A stretch of DNA of 48,084 nt from an uncultured bacterium (GTDB taxonomy: Bacteria; Latescibacterota; MWCZ01). Positions 26,567-36,052 of this stretch are shown piece by piece. A model generated the notes under the pieces. That model saw only the letters and a list, made by a program, of their open reading frames with translations. It did no database searches and was not told the origin of the DNA. The position numbers were made by a program, and so were the translations under genes. Every line of letters starts with the position of its first letter. The stretch's first letter is position 1. Location of the stretch: NCBI GenBank assembly GCA_964635955.1, contig CAZWQW010000001.1, positions 95,491-143,574 on the forward strand, written 5' to 3'.

Positions 26567-28399
26567 ATGACAACACTCGTGTCATCACAAACTCCGTACC
26601 GCGTGGCCCCGACTCTCGAATCGATTCCCAACGCAACGTTTGGCATGGACGGATTAGCCGGTGCGCGAATCGCCGCGACGATCGATGGATGGTTGCTTCC
26701 CGCACCGGAAGCGAACCCAGCACTCACCGAAATGCTCGCAGATCGCGATCGCGCGACGAATCGGAATCTCGTGCCATGGGCGGGCGAGTTCGTTGGTAAG
26801 TACCTCCTCGGTTCGATCGGAATCTGGAAGCTATCAAACGACGACCGTTTGAAGCACATGATCGAGCAGGTAATCGATCGTACAATCGCTCTACAAAGCG
26901 ACGACGGGTATATCGGTCCATTCAACGGCGAAACGCGATTACGAGAGAAATGGGACGTATGGGGACACTACCACCTCATGCTGGCGCTCCTCGCATGGCA
27001 TCATGAAACCAGCGACAAACGGTTCCTCTCGGCGACGCGACGGATTGCGGACCTACTCATTTCGTACTTCGTTGAGGGGAATCGTCGTATGCTGACTACG
27101 GACGATCCTGACGGAGAAAAGAACTACGCTATAGCACACGCCGCACTGCATCTCTACCGCGTTACCAGCGAAAAACGATATCTCGATTTCGCGTCGTGGA
27201 TCGAGCGCGAATGGGAAGAACCGCCTGCGGGACGGTATATGTCGAGCGCGCTTGCCGGTGAGCCGGTATGGCAATTCCCTTCGCACCGATGGGAAAGTGT
27301 CCACGATTGGCAGGCAATCGCCGAGCTGGCACTGATAACCGGTGACGACCGCTACGCTCGCGCGATTGAACACATCTGGTGGAGCATCCTCGAAGGCGAT
27401 CGACACAATACCGGTGGCTTTACATCGGGTGAAGCATGCCAAGGTGATCCGTACCACCAAGGTGCAATCGAAACGTGCTGCACCGTTGCGTGGATCGCGT
27501 TGTCGATCGATATGCTACGTGTTACCGGCAACTCGAGAATCGCCGACGAAATTGAGCTCTCCACCCTCAACGGCATACTTGGCGCACAACACCCATCCGG
27601 CCGTTGGTGGACGTACAATACGCCGATGGATGGCGAGAAACGTGCGAGTCAGCACGACATCGTCTTTCAGGCGAGAGCCGGCAGTCCGGAGTTCAACTGC
27701 TGCTCGGCAAACGCGCCACGTGGTATCGGAATGATCTCCGAGTGGGCGGTTATGCAATCAGACGATGGCGTAACGGTCAACTGGTACGGTCCTTCTACGA
27801 TCGATGTCCTGCTCCGGTCAGGCAACCGACTGCGCATCGTTCAAGACACGGCGTATCCCCTCGATGATTCCGTCACGATGCGCCTCGAACTCGCAAAACG
27901 AGAAAAATTCAGTCTCCGACTTCGAATACCGACGTGGTCAAACGATACGAAGGTATCGGTAAACGGCGATGCAGTTGATGGGGTATCGTCCGGAACCTTT
28001 CTCATGCTCAGTCGCGATTGGCGTGCGGGAGATACGATCACGATTTATTTCGATTTTCGTCCGCATGTTTGGGTCGGAGACGGCGCGTGCGTTGGGAAAG
28101 CGTCACTTTACCGCGGTCCGATTCTGCTCGCGTATGATCCGCGCTACGACCAACACGAACCCGATGAGCTCCCAATTATCAATTTACGTACGCTTACCGC
28201 GTCCGTCGAAAAGCCTTCCGGATGGATGGCGCCGTGGTTGCTTGTCACCGGCGACACCGGCACCGGCGACAAGTTGACGCTTTGCGACTTCGCAAGCGCA
28301 GGCGCAACCGGGACACAGTATCGGACGTGGCTACCAGCAACCGGGATGACGCCGGTCGGCTTTAACCGCGATCGGTCGATCTGGTCGCGTCGCCCGTAA
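26567..28399 (+). CDS. GH127-family glycoside hydrolase (beta-L-arabinofuranosidase-like, DUF1680)
   Basis: ATG at 26567 lies 6 nt after AGGAGA. IETCCTVAW and PEFNCCSANAPRG match the Glu/Cys Zn and nucleophile motifs of HypBA1-type enzymes. No signal peptide. Confidence 0.8.
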   Translation: MTTLVSSQTPYRVAPTLESIPNATFGMDGLAGARIAATIDGWLLPAPEANPALTEMLADRDRATNRNLVPWAGEFVGKYLLGSIGIWKLSNDDRLKHMIEQVIDRTIALQSDDGYIGPFNGETRLREKWDVWGHYHLMLALLAWHHETSDKRFLSATRRIADLLISYFVEGNRRMLTTDDPDGEKNYAIAHAALHLYRVTSEKRYLDFASWIEREWEEPPAGRYMSSALAGEPVWQFPSHRWESVHDWQAIAELALITGDDRYARAIEHIWWSILEGDRHNTGGFTSGEACQGDPYHQGAIETCCTVAWIALSIDMLRVTGNSRIADEIELSTLNGILGAQHPSGRWWTYNTPMDGEKRASQHDIVFQARAGSPEFNCCSANAPRGIGMISEWAVMQSDDGVTVNWYGPSTIDVLLRSGNRLRIVQDTAYPLDDSVTMRLELAKREKFSLRLRIPTWSNDTKVSVNGDAVDGVSSGTFLMLSRDWRAGDTITIYFDFRPHVWVGDGACVGKASLYRGPILLAYDPRYDQHEPDELPIINLRTLTASVEKPSGWMAPWLLVTGDTGTGDKLTLCDFASAGATGTQYRTWLPATGMTPVGFNRDRSIWSRRP

Positions 28400-28446
28400 A
28401 TCACGCCGGATGGTGCACGTGTACGCGCGCAAGAGGAGGCGAGACG

Positions 28447-29019
28447 ATGGCGCATCACAAACACGAGCCGGGAACACCGATGCCGTACACGCATGCGGTG
28501 CACCTTCTTAACCCACTACGTGCGCTTGCCCTGTCTCCACGGGCTCTCGTCCGACGGCTTGAACTCAATCCCGATTTCACGGTACTCGAGCTCGGACCCG
28601 GTCCGGGATATTTCAGTCCAGCCGTCGCACGTGCTTTGCCGCAGGGAAAACTGGTACTGGTGGACGTTCAGCAGGAAATGCTCGACATGGCAAAACAACG
28701 CCTTGACCAGAAAGGCGTGACAAACGTCGAATACCGCTGTGGCGACGCGCTTTCGTTACCCGCGGAGGATAACTCGTTCGACGTCGCGTTTCTCGTGTCG
28801 GTGCTGGGTGAAGTGCCCGACCGAGCGAAGAGTCTTCGTGAATTGCACCGAGTACTACGACCGGAAGGTCTGTTGTCGATTACAGAGATGCAGCTGTTCG
28901 ATCCCGATTCAGTTCCGCTTGACGAACTCCGGTCATCCGTCGAATCGGCTGGTTTTCAACGATATTCGCGTGCAGGACGGTTCACGCATTTCACACTCGG
29001 CTTCCGCAAGTCACCGTAA
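28447..29019 (+). CDS. Class I SAM-dependent methyltransferase (UbiE/COQ5-like fold)
   Basis: Motif I VLELGPGPGYF. LVLVDVQQEM and FDVAFLVSVL follow. 190 aa. Confidence 0.8.
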   Translation: MAHHKHEPGTPMPYTHAVHLLNPLRALALSPRALVRRLELNPDFTVLELGPGPGYFSPAVARALPQGKLVLVDVQQEMLDMAKQRLDQKGVTNVEYRCGDALSLPAEDNSFDVAFLVSVLGEVPDRAKSLRELHRVLRPEGLLSITEMQLFDPDSVPLDELRSSVESAGFQRYSRAGRFTHFTLGFRKSP

Positions 29020-29028
29020 CAGCCGCTA

Positions 29029-31485
29029 TTACACATCAACCCGAAAAGGCGCGACATTTGCCGCTTCTATCGTCAAGAACTCGTCTCGACACGATTGGAT
29101 TTCTATCGTCTTCGCGATTCCCGGCACGAGATCGATGTAGTTATCGCTGAACCAAGCACATTCATCAATACATCGTACAAAGAGGAAGTGCACGTAGACG
29201 TCGCTTTCGAGCGTCAACCGAATCGTATCATTACCAACGCGCTCAACCTTCGCACGCACGTCCGCCTGCACGAACTCCCAGTCCTTTCGTACCGCTGCAT
29301 GGTGAACGCGCTCACTGACCACGTCGCCACAACGGAGCTCCGCGTGGATCAACTCGGTCTCACGATTTTCGATACGTAGTCCCGGTGGCATCTCGGAAAA
29401 CAACCGCGTTGCGGCGTTCGGATTCAGCGTTACATCCGCACTTACCTCGCCGAGTAGTGTACCGTCGTGATTGAATCGCCGTAATCGCAACACACCACTC
29501 TGTGTCGTCATGGTATCCGTAACGCCCCAGTATTCCGGGTTTATTTCGTCACCGTAGAACAAACCGATCATCGGCGCGTACGCACGAGCAACCCAGTAAT
29601 ACGCGGCTTTCGGTCGTCCGAAATAGTCAACGAGACTGAAGGTCACCGCGGGCCACGGTTCGTTGTATTGCCAGATAAGCGACCCGCTCGTACCAAACAT
29701 TTTCCGGCGGTACGACTCCACTGCATACCGCATCAGCGTCGCCTGAACCTCTTGGCTCAGCATGATGAAATCGCCGAGTGTTTCCGGTTCACCGAACTCG
29801 GGAAGTACGCCCTTCATCCAGTTGCACACGCCGTGATGAAAGTCCCACGTATGATGAAGAAAGCCCACGCGGTCCCACTGGAACTGAGGTGAGATCATCG
29901 CATCTACCGTCTCCTGTTGCGGCACCGAACGAAAGCCGTATTCGCTGCTGAAGCGCGGCGCATGCTCGTCGTATTTCCGCCAGTTCGGCAGATCGTACCA
30001 ATCGTGGAAGTCTCCTTCTGTCAGCGACATCGTCGCCGCGCCGCCAAAGGGGCTACCCGGCCACCACGGAACGTCAGGAGAAAGCTCTACAACCGCGTCC
30101 GGTAACACGTGCTCGTAGATTCGCGCGCCGTAGTGCCTGTCGGCGTTCTTGTACCACTCATACCCGCCAGCCCACGTATCCTGACACTCATTCTCGCCGC
30201 ACCAGAGCACAACACACGGATGGGAGCGAAGTCGCCGAACCGCATCGGTCGCTTCTTGCGCGACATTTTCCATGAACGTCGGGTCATCGTCAGGATACAT
30301 TCCGCACGCGAACATGAAGTCCTGCCACACCATGATTCCCAACTCGTCGCACAGGTCGTAGAACGTATCGTTTTCGTACGTCCCACCGCCCCACACGCGC
30401 AGCATGTTGAAGTGCGCGTCACGAGCCCGCTCAAGCAGATGGCGGTACTTTTCCGGTGTTGTGTCGAGGGTAAGCGTGTCCGGCGGAACCCAGTTTGCCC
30501 CGCGTGCAAAAACGTCGACGCCGTTGATGCAGAACGTAAACTGCCCGTCGCGCTTCAGTTCGACCGTACGGATTCCAAAACGTCGCGACCGGCGATCCGT
30601 TACTTCGCCGTTTCGTTCGATTTCCGCTTCCACGGTATACAGGTGCTGCGACCCCATCCCGTTCGGATACCACAACTTCGCGTCTTCGACTGTCACTTCA
30701 ACGGTAATCGGAACATCCGACGAAAACGTGTGCTCACCTCTCCACACCGTCTCACCGCCATCGTCGTGGATAGTGAGACGCAGTGTCACAGGTTTTCCTA
30801 AGTCGCTGACCGATCGCGGCTCCGCTAAAATCGACAGGTGCGCGACGCCGTTTGTTACCGATTCCGTGCGTACAGCGAGGTCACCTATCGACGCACCTCG
30901 GTGACAGAGGAGCGAAACCGGTCGCCACAATCCTGTCGGCAAGAGACGTGGTGCGAAGTCCCATCCGAAAGACATCTGGCACAGTCGAACGTACGAGCGC
31001 ACTCGATCACTCGTTGCGCCGATATCGCCTCGAATCCGCTTCCGCACCTCGTCAATGCGCAGATCGCATTCCACAACCAACACATTGCGACCGCCGCGAA
31101 GGATTTGCCGCGTAACATCGAAGCGATACGTCCGATGCGCGTTATCCGTAAAGCCGACCGGCGATCCGTTCAACCACACCGTCGCGAAAAGACTGACTCC
31201 CTCGAACTGCAGTTCGAACCGGTCTGACTTCGCATCATCCGCGGGAACGTCAAATACCGTACGATAGACCCACGTATCGTTCTCGTACCGCTCGAACGCT
31301 TTCGCATTGCAGTCTCGCCACGGCGACGGTGCGCGTCCACACTCGACGAGCGCCGATTGCACCGTCGATGGAATGGTTACCGGTATCCAGTTGGTACAAT
31401 CCAGATCGACGTTCTGGATGTCCGTATGCGATACTTCGTGTGCCGCAGCGAGATGCCAACCCGTGGAGAGCAGTGTCCTCGTCAT
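29029..31485 (-). CDS. GH2-family beta-mannosidase, paralog A
   Basis: 818 aa. FEGVSLFATVWLNG sugar-binding domain, acid/base region VLWCGENECQ, nucleophile region RFSSEYGFRS. No signal peptide. Confidence 0.85.
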   Translation of the reverse strand: MTRTLLSTGWHLAAAHEVSHTDIQNVDLDCTNWIPVTIPSTVQSALVECGRAPSPWRDCNAKAFERYENDTWVYRTVFDVPADDAKSDRFELQFEGVSLFATVWLNGSPVGFTDNAHRTYRFDVTRQILRGGRNVLVVECDLRIDEVRKRIRGDIGATSDRVRSYVRLCQMSFGWDFAPRLLPTGLWRPVSLLCHRGASIGDLAVRTESVTNGVAHLSILAEPRSVSDLGKPVTLRLTIHDDGGETVWRGEHTFSSDVPITVEVTVEDAKLWYPNGMGSQHLYTVEAEIERNGEVTDRRSRRFGIRTVELKRDGQFTFCINGVDVFARGANWVPPDTLTLDTTPEKYRHLLERARDAHFNMLRVWGGGTYENDTFYDLCDELGIMVWQDFMFACGMYPDDDPTFMENVAQEATDAVRRLRSHPCVVLWCGENECQDTWAGGYEWYKNADRHYGARIYEHVLPDAVVELSPDVPWWPGSPFGGAATMSLTEGDFHDWYDLPNWRKYDEHAPRFSSEYGFRSVPQQETVDAMISPQFQWDRVGFLHHTWDFHHGVCNWMKGVLPEFGEPETLGDFIMLSQEVQATLMRYAVESYRRKMFGTSGSLIWQYNEPWPAVTFSLVDYFGRPKAAYYWVARAYAPMIGLFYGDEINPEYWGVTDTMTTQSGVLRLRRFNHDGTLLGEVSADVTLNPNAATRLFSEMPPGLRIENRETELIHAELRCGDVVSERVHHAAVRKDWEFVQADVRAKVERVGNDTIRLTLESDVYVHFLFVRCIDECAWFSDNYIDLVPGIAKTIEIQSCRDEFLTIEAANVAPFRVDV

Positions 31486-31613
31486 TGTGTATTTTTCCCT
31501 CTTCGTAAGGCGATTTTGGAAGATTACGGTACTGGAAACGCGGTCAGGATGAAACGGAGACGGGTTTGATACGCCATCGCCGCAGATCCCTAAGACGCGG
31601 TCTACGTTCTTCC

Positions 31614-31650
31614 ATAAAAAACGAGGACTCCATTACGGCGTCCTCGTCTC
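31614..31650 (-). terminator. Rho-independent terminator after tyrS
   Basis: On the minus strand, ACGAGGAC (31647-31640) pairs with GTCCTCGT (31628-31621) across an 11-nt loop, followed by TTTTTTAT. Confidence 0.75.
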
Positions 31651-31671
31651 CAAAAATATCGGTGATAGCAA

Positions 31672-32883
31672 TCACCCCACTCGTAGCCGCACAAACTTCC
31701 GTTTCCCGACCCGTAGCACGGAACCATCTCGCGGCGTTATCTCCACCGTGTGGTCGCTGATCTTTTCGCCATCTAACGTCACGCCACCCTGTTGCACCAA
31801 CCTACGCGCTTCCGACCGCGAAGGAGCGAGTTTCAAGGAGTCGATGAGGTCGAGGATTCCGATAGGTTTATCCGCTACATGCACTTCCGGGACGTCGTCG
31901 GGAAGCTGATCGCGACGCGAAAAGACTCCCATGAACTCTTCATCCGCCCGCGCTGCCTTTTCAGCGTCGTGGTACCGCGTAACGATTGCCGAGGCAAGTC
32001 GGCGTTTGATATCGCGCGGATTGACTACGCCTGCAGCGAGCTCGGATTTCGCGTGTTCGATGACGTCGGGAGAAGCTCCTGCCGCGAGGGTGAAGTACGA
32101 GACAATCAGATTGTCGGGAATCGACATCACCTTCCCGAACATATCCGCCGGTTCGTCACTCACCCCGATGTAGTTACCGAGGCTCTTCCCCATTTTCGCG
32201 CCACCATCGATACCCGGGAGCATCGGACTGAGCACGGCGATCTGCGGTGTCTGTCCCATGGCGCGTTGGAGATCGCGTCCCTGCAGGATGTTAAACCGCT
32301 GCTCCGTCCCGCCAAGCTCGATATCCGCCTTGATCGCGACCGAGTCGTATGCCTGCAACATCGGGTAGAAAAGCTCGTGCATCGCAAGCGGCAATCCCGC
32401 TTCGAGTCGCTTCGCAAATGTCTCATGCGAAAGCATCTGCGCGATGGTGAAATAATGCCCGATGCGAATCATGTCCGCAAGTCCGAAACCTTCGAACCAT
32501 TCCGTCTGATACACGACCTTCGTCTTTTCGCGATCGAGCACCTTCATGAGCTGTTCGACGTATGTCCGCGCGTTATCGCGAACTCGCTCCTTTGTCAGCG
32601 ATGGCCGCGATTCGTCTCGCCCCGTCGGATCTCCAATCTGAGCGGTATAGTCGCCGATGATGATGATGCCGATGTGCCCCGCGTCCTGGAAGTCGCGCAT
32701 CTTGCTGATCGGCACCATATGCCCTACGTGCACATCGCTTCCCGTAGGATCAATCCCATATTTTACTCGAAGCGGAGTGTCGGTTTCTATCGCTTTTCGG
32801 ACGCGCGCCTCGAGGTCGCCTTCAGGGACGATCTCTTCTACACCGCGACGGATGAGATCCATCTGATCATTCAGTGGTAACAC
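31672..32883 (-). CDS. tyrS: Tyrosine--tRNA ligase
   Basis: HIGH-type motif DVHVGHMVP, KMSKS-type motif KMGKSLGN, and a C-terminal S4-like domain. 403 aa. Confidence 0.92.
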   Translation of the reverse strand: MLPLNDQMDLIRRGVEEIVPEGDLEARVRKAIETDTPLRVKYGIDPTGSDVHVGHMVPISKMRDFQDAGHIGIIIIGDYTAQIGDPTGRDESRPSLTKERVRDNARTYVEQLMKVLDREKTKVVYQTEWFEGFGLADMIRIGHYFTIAQMLSHETFAKRLEAGLPLAMHELFYPMLQAYDSVAIKADIELGGTEQRFNILQGRDLQRAMGQTPQIAVLSPMLPGIDGGAKMGKSLGNYIGVSDEPADMFGKVMSIPDNLIVSYFTLAAGASPDVIEHAKSELAAGVVNPRDIKRRLASAIVTRYHDAEKAARADEEFMGVFSRRDQLPDDVPEVHVADKPIGILDLIDSLKLAPSRSEARRLVQQGGVTLDGEKISDHTVEITPRDGSVLRVGKRKFVRLRVG

Positions 32884-32943
32884 GGATTCCTCGAATTCAC
32901 CGATTTCAGTTTTTCGAACGACGATAACGAACGAGAGAAAATA

Positions 32944-35388
32944 TCAATCGCTTTCCGGTAAAGAAAGCGTCTGCACGACCGCGCCCGCGGCGTTCCCAGT
33001 GTGTATACGGATCGTTCCGGCCATCTCCGTTTTGATTCGAATCTCTCGCGACTCATTCGGATATAGATCGACGAAGTTATCGGAATACACAGCGAGCGGA
33101 TCATCGACCGACACCGAAACAAAATGTGCGTATCTCTCAGTTGTCAGCCGCACTTGCACGGTATGCTGATCGATACGGTTGACAGTCGCGTCAATCGATG
33201 CATCCGTCAGTGTCCAATCGCGGCGATTCCCAGCGTGGTAGGTTCGTTCGGACACGAATCGACCGGCGGTAAGTGCGACATGAATATGCTCGGACGAAGA
33301 GTCATTTATGCGGAGGTCGTTGGGTAGGCGTTCTACCAGGCACGTAGCGCCGTTCGGACGCAGATTGACCGGCATCTTCATATCGCCAAGTACCGTGCCA
33401 TCGTATTTGAACCGCCGGACGCGGAGGATACCCGCGAATTCGGTATCCATGTCATTCGCGGCCCAAACGCTCATTGTTTTCTCATGGAGCATGACCATTA
33501 CCGGTTCATACGCTTTGCGAACCCAGTAATATGCGGCTTTCGGTCGTCCGTAGTAGTCGATTACACTAAACGTCGCGGCTGGCCATGGCTCGTTGTACAT
33601 CCATATAAGCGACCCGCTGGTGTCGTACATTCGGCGACGATACACCTCGATCGCGTACCGCATAAGCGTCGCCTGTGCCTCTTGGGTAAGCATGATATAT
33701 TCGTCAAGCGTTTCCGCAACACCAAACTCGGGTAACACTGCATTCATCCAACCGCACCAACCGTGATGGTATTTCCAAACAACATGTTGCGGCGGATGCG
33801 GTTCCCATTGGATCTCCGACGATATTGCAGTGTCCAACGTATTTCGTTCCGGAATGCTTCGGAAACCGTATTCGCTACTGAATCGCGGAGCGTTCTCGTC
33901 GTACGTCCGCCAGTTCGGAAGGCTATACCAGTCGTGGAAGTCGCCAACGGTGCGTGAACGCGTCGTCGGACCACCGAATGGAGATCCGGGCCAATACGGC
34001 ACATCCTGATTCACACGTGCAACGACGTCGGGGAGAATGTCGTCGTAAAATCGTTCACCATAGTGCCTATCAGCACGCTCGGGCCAGTCTCCGAGAACCC
34101 ATGCTTCTTGGCACTCATTGTTACCGCACCACAAAACAATCGACGGGTGTCGTCGTAACCGTTTCACAACGCACTCGGCTTCGCGTGCGGCGCTCTCGAC
34201 AAACGCCGGGTCGTTATCCGGGTACATGGAGCAGGCGTACATAAAATCCTGCCACACCATGATACCGAACTCGTCACACAGGTCGTAGAACAACGGAGAC
34301 TCGTAAATACCACCGCCCCAGACACGTAATATATTGAAGTTCGCATCACGCGCGCGTTCCAGTAGATGCCTCAATCGTTCTTCCGGTGCGTCAAGCGCAA
34401 GGCTATCCGCGGGAACCCAATTCGCACCCTTCGCAAACACACGTCGCCCGTTTACAGAAAACGTGAACTCATCCTCTTGCAGTATCTTCACCGTTCGCAC
34501 GCCGAATCGGTCGTGTCGTTCGTCGAGCAGTTCCCCGTTCCGTTCCAATCGAGCGATAACGTAATAGCGGAAAGGTTCACCTACTGGCTGCGGATACCAA
34601 AACTGAGCGTTCTCAAGTGTAAAACGCTCTTTGTAACAGTCGTTACCCACGATAGGCCGGTGCAATTCGAACAGCGGTTTTTCGTTGAGTTCTCGATACA
34701 CCGAAACCCGAATGTTTGCAGGGATGGTGTCACTCTCGAATGACCGAACCGAAACATCGATTTCGAGTTCCGCTGTTGCTCCCTCGGTTTTCAATGTGCG
34801 CACCCAGAGGTCGCTGATACTCGCGGCGCGGTGTGCGCGTATAGATACCGGACGCCACAGTCCGATAAGGGGCAGACGCGGTGCGAAATCCCAACCGAAC
34901 ACCATTTGGGGAACACGAAGAAACGGTCTTACGTCGTCAGCGTTTGCCCCAATCTTTTTCGAGATGGTTCCGCGCATCTCTGCAACGGGAATACGACACT
35001 CGACGATGATCTCGTTTACCCTTTCCCGGTGGATATGCGGCGTTGCGTCAAATGAATGTTCGTGATACGCGTTTCGTATCGACCCAATAATCGACCCATT
35101 CAACCAGATATGCGCGTAGACGCTTACGCCTTCGAAAACGACTTCGAACGCATCGGCATCTCGATCTTCCTCCGGTACCGCGAATTCGGTTCGGTATATC
35201 CACGTCTCGTCTTCGACAGAACGGAACCACTCAGCGTTGCGGTCGAGCCAAGGTGAAGGCGCTCGGTCAGCAGCAACAAGCGCAGACTGTACCGTCGTGG
35301 GGACTCGTACATCCATCCAACAGGGACGTTGTGCGCGAACTTCAGAGTTCGCCGCCAATCGCCAATTGGTGAGACGCAATTCGCGCAT
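32944..35388 (-). CDS. GH2-family beta-mannosidase, paralog B
   Basis: 814 aa, collinear with paralog A over the full length. VLWCGNNECQ and RFSSEYGFRS are present. No signal peptide. Confidence 0.85.
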   Translation of the reverse strand: MRELRLTNWRLAANSEVRAQRPCWMDVRVPTTVQSALVAADRAPSPWLDRNAEWFRSVEDETWIYRTEFAVPEEDRDADAFEVVFEGVSVYAHIWLNGSIIGSIRNAYHEHSFDATPHIHRERVNEIIVECRIPVAEMRGTISKKIGANADDVRPFLRVPQMVFGWDFAPRLPLIGLWRPVSIRAHRAASISDLWVRTLKTEGATAELEIDVSVRSFESDTIPANIRVSVYRELNEKPLFELHRPIVGNDCYKERFTLENAQFWYPQPVGEPFRYYVIARLERNGELLDERHDRFGVRTVKILQEDEFTFSVNGRRVFAKGANWVPADSLALDAPEERLRHLLERARDANFNILRVWGGGIYESPLFYDLCDEFGIMVWQDFMYACSMYPDNDPAFVESAAREAECVVKRLRRHPSIVLWCGNNECQEAWVLGDWPERADRHYGERFYDDILPDVVARVNQDVPYWPGSPFGGPTTRSRTVGDFHDWYSLPNWRTYDENAPRFSSEYGFRSIPERNTLDTAISSEIQWEPHPPQHVVWKYHHGWCGWMNAVLPEFGVAETLDEYIMLTQEAQATLMRYAIEVYRRRMYDTSGSLIWMYNEPWPAATFSVIDYYGRPKAAYYWVRKAYEPVMVMLHEKTMSVWAANDMDTEFAGILRVRRFKYDGTVLGDMKMPVNLRPNGATCLVERLPNDLRINDSSSEHIHVALTAGRFVSERTYHAGNRRDWTLTDASIDATVNRIDQHTVQVRLTTERYAHFVSVSVDDPLAVYSDNFVDLYPNESREIRIKTEMAGTIRIHTGNAAGAVVQTLSLPESD

Positions 35389-35443
35389 TCGCCCTCCACG
35401 AGAGTCTGATTACGCTATCGGTAGGTGTTTTTTTGTGAGAATG

Positions 35444-35965
35444 TCAGGTATACGTGATTCGAAACGTCGCGCTATCGTCCGATTCATCGACAATCTCGAC
35501 GCGTGCCGATTCGCCATACATCTCGAGCAATCCGTCGATGATCCCGCGAATATAGGCGAGCATCTTGCGCGGAGACCGGTAGGTTAGATCGACCGACTCG
35601 CCGTTCTCGCGCACTTCAAATTCAGGCGGCTGGACATCGGGAGTGTTGAGAATCGATTCGCGAACGATGTCATTCAATCGCGTGAAGAATGACCTCGAAC
35701 TCGGATGCTCGTCAAACGATCGTCGATATTCCTTTCGGAATTCGTATATCGACCGCTTGCCAAAACCGTAGTAGATCTCGCCCGTCGATCGATTCAACCT
35801 TCTCGCCGACGACCGCACGATGCAGTCAATCGCCCGGTCGGGGTACTCCCAGCCTGATGCGAATAACTGGTTGATTCCACACTCATAGAGAATCTCGTTC
35901 CACCGAAGGTCGGGGTGTTCAGATTCGAGGTAACGACGAAGATGAATGAACAAAACGCCTTTCAT
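35444..35965 (-). CDS. H-NOX (HNOB) domain-like protein lacking the canonical proximal His
   Basis: 173 aa. MKGVLF start, PP and YRSPR (YxSxR) motifs at H-NOX spacing. Val occupies the expected His position (RLNDIVRESI). Confidence 0.7.
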   Translation of the reverse strand: MKGVLFIHLRRYLESEHPDLRWNEILYECGINQLFASGWEYPDRAIDCIVRSSARRLNRSTGEIYYGFGKRSIYEFRKEYRRSFDEHPSSRSFFTRLNDIVRESILNTPDVQPPEFEVRENGESVDLTYRSPRKMLAYIRGIIDGLLEMYGESARVEIVDESDDSATFRITYT

Positions 35966-36052
35966 CGGCGTGTGATCTCCTACGTCGGCGAAGCGTCGAT
36001 AGATTGGTCAGTGAGTATACAGGAATGTGTCGCTCGGGGGAACTCTAAAACA

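Noticed and set aside
31792-32880. A 362-aa ORF exactly antisense and codon-aligned to tyrS.
   Set aside because: In this register, antisense stops require the rare sense codons TTA, CTA and TCA, so a long open frame is expected. The sequence shows no protein-like features, while tyrS motifs on the other strand are unambiguous.
32884-32943. A possible T-box or other leader upstream of tyrS.
   Set aside because: The gap is only 60 nt, far too short for a T-box riboswitch, and I saw no specifier or terminator-antiterminator structure.
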